Shown: positions 58,074 through 64,000 of the stretch, piece after piece
Numbering within the stretch: the first letter of the stretch is position 1
Layout: the number at the start of each line of letters is the position of its first letter
Assembly (NCBI GenBank): GCA_050115495.1
Contig: JASFQK010000037.1
Span: 8,600 to 72,599, forward strand
DNA from: Phycisphaerae bacterium
GTDB lineage: Bacteria > Planctomycetota > Phycisphaerae > UBA1845 > Fen-1342
DNA: 64,000 bases
Direction: 5' to 3'
The notes under the pieces: generated by a model
Database searches by the model: none
Told to the model about the DNA's origin: nothing
What the model saw: only the letters and a program-made list of their open reading frames with translations
Position numbers and translations under genes: made by a program

Positions 58074-58805
58074 ATGTCTCACCGCGGACGTGCGGTCGCG
58101 CTGACCTGCCTGCTGGCGATTCTGTTCGCCGGTGCGGCGACGGCAGCGCCGGTCGTCATCCGCAATGGGTCATTCGAGGTGGACCAGCTCGAGGATGGTG
58201 ACTGGGCCTACGCACCACCGGCCGACTGGGATGTCCGCCACAACGGCAGCAGTTACGAAGGCGGATACATGAACGCCCAATCGCCGGGGATCAACCCCGA
58301 GGCGATCGACGGCGAAATGATCGCCTTCTTCAATGGGGGCAGCGAACCGGCGCTCAACCCATGGATCTCGCAGGCGCTGGAAGACACGGAAGCGAACCCG
58401 GTGCCGGCGGCCGAAGGTGCGACGTTCGAGCTGACCTTCTGGCTCGGCCGGCACGACGGTGGCGGCGCGGGTATCTACGCCCCCGTGATCGAGGCGATCC
58501 TCGAGGTGGACGGTCCGTCCGGTTGGCAGACGTTCGCCAGCGCCACGCACGACAGCACCGTCTCCGGGCTCGAACGCGGGCATTGGGAGCAGGTCCACAT
58601 GACCCTCGTCATGACCGGCGTGCCCGCCAACTACGTCGGGGAGCAGGTCGTTCTGACGCTGTTCAACCGCACGAACACGCTCGGCGACCCGGCGTACTAC
58701 GGCGAAGCCAGCCTGGACGCGATCAGCATGATCCCCGAACCCGGGGCGCTCTCTCTGATGATCGTCGGAGCCCTCGGCTTGATCCGCCGGCGGCGCTCGG
58801 CCTAA
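58074..58805 (+). CDS. PEP-CTERM protein with CBM-like jelly-roll domain
   Basis: IRNGSFE..ISQAL..LDAIS; IPEPGALSLMIVGALGLIRRRRSA. ATG 58065 is an alternative start. Confidence 0.85.
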   Translation: MSHRGRAVALTCLLAILFAGAATAAPVVIRNGSFEVDQLEDGDWAYAPPADWDVRHNGSSYEGGYMNAQSPGINPEAIDGEMIAFFNGGSEPALNPWISQALEDTEANPVPAAEGATFELTFWLGRHDGGGAGIYAPVIEAILEVDGPSGWQTFASATHDSTVSGLERGHWEQVHMTLVMTGVPANYVGEQVVLTLFNRTNTLGDPAYYGEASLDAISMIPEPGALSLMIVGALGLIRRRRSA

Positions 58806-58900
58806 CGCCGGTCCGCTTGCTTCCAGATCGCCCGAGCACCGCCGGAACCGCCGCGGCGGTCCCGGCAGGGGGGTAGTGTCGGTAGCCCGTTGCCTGCCTC

Positions 58901-58936
58901 AAAAAAGAAGGGCCGATCCGCGCGGGACCGACCCTC
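58901..58936 (-). terminator. Intrinsic terminator
   Basis: Minus strand GAGGGTCGGTCC-CGCGC-GGATCGGCCCTT-CTTTTTT downstream of the HAF gene. Confidence 0.75.
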
Positions 58937-58963
58937 CCAGAGGACGTCACGTTACAAGGAGCG

Positions 58964-60082
58964 TTACGAGCGTCGCCGCGAGAGGGCGAGTCCGGCGATC
59001 GCCAGCAGCAGCAGCGAACCCGGCTCGGGAACCTCCATCACAAAGCCGCGAATCTGGCCGTTGTAGAGCCCCTGACCGACGATCCAGCGACCGTTGTCAC
59101 TGATAGCGTTGGCGTTTGACAGCACCCATCCGGAGCCGGCGGGGAGCAGATCGTTCAGATCTGTCATGACGCCGTCTTCCCACATGAATGCCCGCTTCTG
59201 CCCGCCGGCGGTGTAGGCATAGCCGACGACCACGCTCGAGTTGTTGATGCCGTTGGCACTACTGCTCGTGCCGCCAAGCGTGCCCAGGTCGATGACGTCG
59301 TCGCCGTCCCACAACGTCGCATGCGCGTATTCGTCCGCGACGACGTCGGAGTAACCCACGGCCTGCCCGAGGTCGTTGATGCCCCACGCCTCGCCGAAGC
59401 ACCCGGCTCCGCCGATCGTGCCCAGCTCGTACGCCGTCTGACCGTCGTACATGTAGGGGCTCCAGCCGTCGAAGCCGTACGGCTGGCAGTAGCCGATCGT
59501 CTGGCCCAGGTTGTTGATACGATGGCCGGCCTGCCAGTATGAGCCGCCCGTGATCGTGGGAATCCGCATCGTCGGGGCGGTCTGGCCGACCTGCCACTTG
59601 AACGCGGAGAAGCCGTCCTCTTCCTCCACGTACGCGCTGCCGATCACCTCGCCGGCATTGTTGATGCCCATGCCCTCGCTCCACTCGCTCGTGCTGCCGG
59701 CAGGCGGTGCGAACTCGGTGATCGTGCCCGCGCTCCAGGCGTACGCCCGGCTCGGGCCGCTGCTGAAGTTCATCGTGCCGGCGATCTGGCCGTACGCGTT
59801 GATAGACTCGGCGCTGCCGCCGACCGCGTTCGAGTACCCGGCGATCGGATTGCTCATCACGCCGTTCTGCCAGAGGAACGGGACCCATCTGTCGCTGGCG
59901 TTCTGTCGGCCGCCGACGACCTGGCCGGCGTTGTTCACGTCGCTCGCACCGCTGCGGGTGCCTTCAGTGGGGATGTCCCAGATACCGGCAATGCCGTCGG
60001 CCAGTGCGGGCGCCGCCAACGCGAGCACCGCGGTTGCGGAGAGAACCCACCACAGAGTCCGTTTCAGGGATCGCATCACCAT
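58964..60082 (-). CDS. PEP-CTERM protein with HAF-family extracellular repeats
   Basis: Repeats INNxGxVVG..RAFxW and DLGTLGG; VPEPGSLLLLAIAGLALSRRRS. Confidence 0.9.
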   Translation of the reverse strand: MVMRSLKRTLWWVLSATAVLALAAPALADGIAGIWDIPTEGTRSGASDVNNAGQVVGGRQNASDRWVPFLWQNGVMSNPIAGYSNAVGGSAESINAYGQIAGTMNFSSGPSRAYAWSAGTITEFAPPAGSTSEWSEGMGINNAGEVIGSAYVEEEDGFSAFKWQVGQTAPTMRIPTITGGSYWQAGHRINNLGQTIGYCQPYGFDGWSPYMYDGQTAYELGTIGGAGCFGEAWGINDLGQAVGYSDVVADEYAHATLWDGDDVIDLGTLGGTSSSANGINNSSVVVGYAYTAGGQKRAFMWEDGVMTDLNDLLPAGSGWVLSNANAISDNGRWIVGQGLYNGQIRGFVMEVPEPGSLLLLAIAGLALSRRRS

Positions 60083-60248
60083 CTCCTCCTACCGCTGCAA
60101 GGAACCACTCGAATTCGTGCCCGGTCTGCGCGCACTACAAGTACGCCGCGAGTGTCGCTGCCACCGGCGGCACGACAGCACGAATCAAAACGTTCTGTTA
60201 GGCTTCCTTCTCAGGCGCGCTCTTGGTCGGCGCGCCGTTGCTCCTGCC

Positions 60249-61484
60249 TCAGGCCGGTGCCTCGGGCATCGGATGGCGTACCGTTACGGAGGTCGGTATC
60301 GCCGGGTACTGCATCTGCACGCGGTACACGTCAAATCGCTCCGCCTCCCATCCCAGCCGGTCGAACGCGTACTGCACGACGTCGTGGTATTGCGGGAGGG
60401 CAGGGGTGCGCGCCACCTGGATCCCCTTGCCCAGGTGCGTCACCGTCTCAAAGACCTGCAAGTGGTCCCCGTCGGCATGGATGTCCGCACCGGCCAGCTC
60501 GCTGTACACGTGCAGCTTCGGCGCGACGGGGCCGAACAGATCCTCGTGGATGAACTGATCGAAAACCAGCAGCGCCACCGGCGTGCGGAGCTGCACGGCA
60601 TACTCCGCGAACTCGTTGTCCGGGGCGCGGTAGCGAGAGGCCACACTGCGTGTTACCTCGCCGCTGTAGAAGGTCATGGCCCCGGTGTTGCCGATCGGGC
60701 CGTCGAGCAGGACGTCCTCCAGGAATCCGGTGGCCCCCTGACGCCGGTGAAACCGTGGCAACGGCTGCGAACAGAACTGCCGCAGCAGCGGGACGCCGCA
60801 GGCCGCATCGGTCGACGGGTCGAGCGGCTCGCGCACGTCCGTACCGACTTCCTTCCAACCGTCCGTCGCCGTCTTCGAGCGGGACACCACCCACGGAACA
60901 TTGGGTCGCGTTCGGCGGAAATCCTTGAACCCCCGCAGCCGCACCGCGTCGAAGCGGTCTTCCTGTTCGGCCGGCTGCACGATGTATGCAGCCGCGTGCA
61001 CCTGTACCTGCACGCCCCAGATGTGACTGCCCCCCATGAACATCGCCTGCCGCTGAGCGATGTGTGCTTTCTCGGCTCCATCGCTCGCACACGCCGTCAG
61101 CATCATGTTGAGCGACTCGCGATCGCCGGCGTGAGTGTCGATCAGCCGATCGAACTCCTCCATGGCGGCCTTGGCCGAGTCGATCAACTCGCCGGGGACC
61201 CGGCGGCGAGCGGCGACGGTGAAGAACCGGTGGAGCGACGTGGCTCCCGGTATATGGTGTGCGGCGGCGAACAGATCGGGCATGTAGACCAGGTTGGCGA
61301 TCTGCCAGCCTAGTTTCTCGTGAACGCCGAAAGCCTTCGATACTTCGTGGGCGCGGGCCACGCGGCCGGGCAGGCTGTTCAGGATCGCGGCGAAAGCAGT
61401 TCGAATACGCCCGATGACCTGCTGCGCCTCGACCTCGAACGGTTGAACCGCGTTACTCGGAGTGGTGCCAGTTGCCCGTGCCAT
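60249..61484 (-). CDS. Uncharacterised ~410-aa protein, putative HTH regulator; paralog of 9822..11066
   Basis: Full-length similarity to 9822..11066; HTH-like AHEVSKAFGVHEKLGWQIAN. Start placed at ATG 61484 from promoter geometry. Confidence 0.75.
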   Translation of the reverse strand: MARATGTTPSNAVQPFEVEAQQVIGRIRTAFAAILNSLPGRVARAHEVSKAFGVHEKLGWQIANLVYMPDLFAAAHHIPGATSLHRFFTVAARRRVPGELIDSAKAAMEEFDRLIDTHAGDRESLNMMLTACASDGAEKAHIAQRQAMFMGGSHIWGVQVQVHAAAYIVQPAEQEDRFDAVRLRGFKDFRRTRPNVPWVVSRSKTATDGWKEVGTDVREPLDPSTDAACGVPLLRQFCSQPLPRFHRRQGATGFLEDVLLDGPIGNTGAMTFYSGEVTRSVASRYRAPDNEFAEYAVQLRTPVALLVFDQFIHEDLFGPVAPKLHVYSELAGADIHADGDHLQVFETVTHLGKGIQVARTPALPQYHDVVQYAFDRLGWEAERFDVYRVQMQYPAIPTSVTVRHPMPEAPA

Positions 61485-61491
61485 GCGTTGC

Positions 61492-61537
61492 ATCGTATCG
61501 TATTTCGTTTGTCCTTTCAATGAATCTTTCAGAAAGA
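61492..61537 (-). promoter_or_regulatory. Sigma70-like promoter (probably leaderless) with adjacent palindrome
   Basis: TTGAAA-N17-TACGAT-N7-ATG(61484); TCTTTC-A-GAAAGA at 61525-61537. Confidence 0.6.
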
Positions 61538-61752
61538 CAGAATGAAAGCGCAAGGCCCTATAAGAATATTGTTATCATGTTATTAATTCGCGATTAAGGC
61601 CGTCCGTATACTTTACGCGCACGTCTATCGTTTATCGACCTGCTGGCGTCCCGCGCGACGCCCTGGTCGGTCTCTGAAAGCAGGTCCTGGTTGATGCCGG
61701 AACAGAGGGGCGGCGCGATCGAGACGGGCCAGATGGTGGCGTCGGACGCTCG

Positions 61753-61796
61753 TTGACCGGACGTCGGTTGTCCACTATATGTGCTTCACAAGTAGT
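61753..61796 (+). promoter_or_regulatory. Promoter with overlapping palindromic operator (PadR autoregulation candidate)
   Basis: TTGACC at 61753; ACTATATGTG-CTT-CACAAGTAGT is an 8/10 inverted repeat at 61774-61796. Confidence 0.45.
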
Positions 61797-61811
61797 TGTG
61801 GAGGGCATCTA

Positions 61812-62177
61812 GTGCCGAGCTCCAAGGACTGCGCCTGTACGGGCCGATCGCTGCCGCGTTTGCTTCGCCCGGGCATCATGGCGTTTCTGGCGCGGGGGGA
61901 CGCCCACGGCTATCAGATCGCCCAGCACCTGTCGGCGATGCGCATGTTCGCCGGCCGGGACCCCGATCACGCGGGCATCTACCGGGCGCTCAAGGAGATG
62001 ACCGACGAGGAACTCGTCACGTCGTCCTGGGAGACGGGCGACGCGGGCCCCGCCAAACGTGTCTTCGCGCTCACCGCCGCCGGGCGGGAGTGCCTGGAAA
62101 CGTGGTTGTCCACCTTGTGTGACTACCGCGACGCCATCAACGAGCTGCTGTCGCTGCTGCGACAGGCCAAACAGTGA
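61812..62177 (+). CDS. PadR-family transcriptional regulator
   Basis: AHGYQI..GIYRALKEM..VTSSWE..GPAKRVFALTAAG; GTG after GGAGG. Confidence 0.9.
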   Translation: MPSSKDCACTGRSLPRLLRPGIMAFLARGDAHGYQIAQHLSAMRMFAGRDPDHAGIYRALKEMTDEELVTSSWETGDAGPAKRVFALTAAGRECLETWLSTLCDYRDAINELLSLLRQAKQ

Positions 62178-63298
62178 GAGAATCGGAGAGGTTGGAAGTG
62201 GTACTCGATACGAACGTGGCGGGGATCCTCAACGATGCCCGGGGTGGCCGCCCGATTACCAGGGCGGAAGCGGAGGTTCTTCTCGGCCTGCCGGAGTACT
62301 CGCTGGAGGCGGCTCTTCTCCGCAGCACCGCGAACGCCGTGTCCAGGCAACGGTTCGGGAACGGCGCCCTGCTGCTCGGTCAGATCGGCGTGGACATGGC
62401 CCCGTGTGCCGGCGACTGTGCCTTCTGCTTCTTCGCCCGATCGCACACGTCGATTCAGCCCTCCGTCCTGTCCGTCGATGAGGTTGCCGGCCGTTGCGAA
62501 CGCTTCGCTGCCGGCGGAGCGCGTGGCGTGTTTCTGATGACCATGCACCGCTTCGGCTTCGACTGGTTCCGGGACCTGTGCGCGGGGCTGCGGGCCCGCA
62601 TACCGGCGAGCCTCGAAATCCTAGCGAACGTCGGCGATATCACGCGCTCCCAGTTGCGCGAGCTGAAGGATGCGGGCGTGACTGGCGCCTACCACGTCTG
62701 CCGCCTGCGAGAGGGCATCGATTCCTCAATGGACCCCGCGGATCGGCGAGCCACGATCGAGCGAATCATCGAGGCGGGCTTGTCGTGGTTCAACCTCTGC
62801 GAACCGATCGGTCCCGAGCACACGCCGGCGGAGTTGGCCGAGCAGATCTGGATGGGCGTTGATCTACCGTGCCGTCAGCACGGGGCCATGCAGCGTTTCC
62901 CGGTGCCGGGCTCGCCGCTGTACCGCTACGGTCAGGTCTCGCTGGCGCGGCTCGGGCAGGTCGTCGCCGTGGTCGCGCTGGCCACGATGGGGAAGACGGA
63001 AACCCGGAGCATCGCGGTCAACGTCTCCAATCTGGCCGGCCTCTTCAGCGGCGCCAACGCTTTCTTCCCGGAAGCCGGCGAGCCGGAGACCTGGGACCCG
63101 CCGCCTCATCCACGCGAAGCACAATGCGGCTTCACCACCGCCCTCTGGCGGCAGAGTTCGGAAATCAACACCGCCGACTGCCGCAGCATGCTGCAGGCAG
63201 CAGGCTTCTCCCACCTCACCGACTCCGCCGGCAACCCCACCAGCCCGCTGGAACCCGTGCATGACTTGCCGTCGGGCGTGGAGAGCGGCAGCGACTGA
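62174..63298 (+). CDS. Radical SAM protein, BioB/HydE/PylB-like
   Basis: CAGDCAFC motif; ANVGD..LKDAGVTGAYH; EPIGPEH; GANAFF; coupled to PadR by GTGA. Confidence 0.85.
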   Translation: MRESERLEVVLDTNVAGILNDARGGRPITRAEAEVLLGLPEYSLEAALLRSTANAVSRQRFGNGALLLGQIGVDMAPCAGDCAFCFFARSHTSIQPSVLSVDEVAGRCERFAAGGARGVFLMTMHRFGFDWFRDLCAGLRARIPASLEILANVGDITRSQLRELKDAGVTGAYHVCRLREGIDSSMDPADRRATIERIIEAGLSWFNLCEPIGPEHTPAELAEQIWMGVDLPCRQHGAMQRFPVPGSPLYRYGQVSLARLGQVVAVVALATMGKTETRSIAVNVSNLAGLFSGANAFFPEAGEPETWDPPPHPREAQCGFTTALWRQSSEINTADCRSMLQAAGFSHLTDSAGNPTSPLEPVHDLPSGVESGSD

Positions 63299-63537
63299 GA
63301 CGGCAGCGACGCGGCCAGCAGGGGGAGGGGACAGCCGCTTTGCTTGGGTCCCACATCCCAGCGTCACGATCCGACGTACACGTTGACCAGGAATACACCG
63401 CGAACCGGGTCCAGGTGCAGGCAGGCATGTTAGAGCTGACTAGGTGCGAACGAGACCTCGCACACCGTCCTGCTCTGCAGCTCGCCGTTTCATCGAGAAT
63501 CGAACGCTCGAAAGTGCTATAGAGAATCGCCTCTCGG

Positions 63538-63877
63538 TCAGCAATCTGGAGTGTCCTTGTGGGCTGAGACGACACGCACGACCTGTTCCAGTACCCAAAT
63601 GGTGCGTGCAAGTTGAACACCTGCCAGAAGCGAGAAGAACACAGCGGCGTACAGAAACGGCATCAGCGGGTGCTTATCTCGATCGAGGACCAACGCCAAG
63701 AGCGCGGCAACGGTGGCCAATGCGAGGGACCGGATCGCCCAGCGGAAGACCCGCCAGAGTGTTGAGTAGTGCCTGCTATTGCGCACGATAGTGAGCCTAT
63801 CGCTGCCACACAGACCAAGTACGATCGCCTCGGCCGCGATCGCGAAGCCAAGAAGAGAGCCGAAGATACCGGAGAGG
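63538..63877 (-). pseudogene. 5'-truncated multi-TM membrane protein interrupted by an IS
   Basis: The frame is open up to the IS end: LSGIFGSLLGFAIAAEAIVLGLCGSDRLTIVRNSRHYSTLWRVF... No native start is present. Confidence 0.65.
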
Positions 63878-64000
63878 GAGCTATTGTCAAAAGTCGTTGA
63901 TGGCGTCGTGATCAGGCGGCGGCTTTCTCGGGTTTTTCTCCGTCGATGAAGCGGACGCTGGCGATCACGTCCGGCAGAAGCTTCGCGCCATTCAGCGTCC
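63878..64000 (-). mobile_element. Downstream end of an IS256-family insertion sequence (transposase C-terminus 63912..>64000 and terminal IR)
   Basis: The minus strand encodes TLNGAKLLPDVIASVRFIDGEKPEKAAA*, typical of IS256 transposase ends, followed by CATCAACGACTTTTGACAATAGCTC, which resembles IS256-type IRs. Confidence 0.75.

Noticed and set aside
58841..58866. GC palindrome GCCGGAACCGCCG-CGGCGGTCCCGGC as a mobile repeat
   Set aside because: Single copy in the window; more simply a 3' hairpin of the upstream PEP-CTERM gene.
62174..63298. Calling the radical SAM gene bioB
   Set aside because: No biotin genes nearby, and the BioB YNHNL motif is replaced by YHVCRL.
1..64000. CRISPR array, tRNA or rRNA genes
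   Set aside because: No regularly spaced repeats or recognisable structural RNA signatures seen by eye; a covariance-model scan of the long intergenic regions (25090-25440, 47135-47770, 50382-50740) was not possible.

Overview
High-GC bacterial window whose gene content (9 PEP-CTERM proteins, 7 dockerin-like modules, 2 DUF1559/prepilin-type proteins, ECF sigma, kinase-TPR) points to a Planctomycetota genome, probably Phycisphaerae (inference). Contents from left to right: (1) an ECF sigma/anti-sigma operon with a CsgG-like protein and tandem giant secreted paralogs sharing a ~94% identical 5' region; (2) an uncharacterised ~410-aa putative regulator, present twice in the window, divergent from a dockerin-protein + cohesin-like PEP-CTERM pair; (3) a LacI-controlled, SusC/D-free glycan locus (SGNH esterases, clan GH-A hydrolase, SSS transporter, GH130, DUF1559) that includes a nested-repeat surface protein; (4) the RDD/SpoIIM/DUF58/MoxR/DUF4350/DUF4129 cluster; (5) a cyclase-kinase-TPR fusion and further dockerin enzymes; (6) a phytase-linked LTD/DUF1559/PEP-CTERM locus; (7) more PEP-CTERM genes, a PadR + radical SAM pair and the end of an IS256-family element. 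The strongest candidate for a new system is a modular surface apparatus in which the same domains occur both PEP-CTERM-anchored and dockerin-tagged beside a DUF1559 pilin-like gene, with cohesin-like anchors. No rRNA, tRNA or CRISPR array was seen. All family calls are by eye from motifs, with no database searches.
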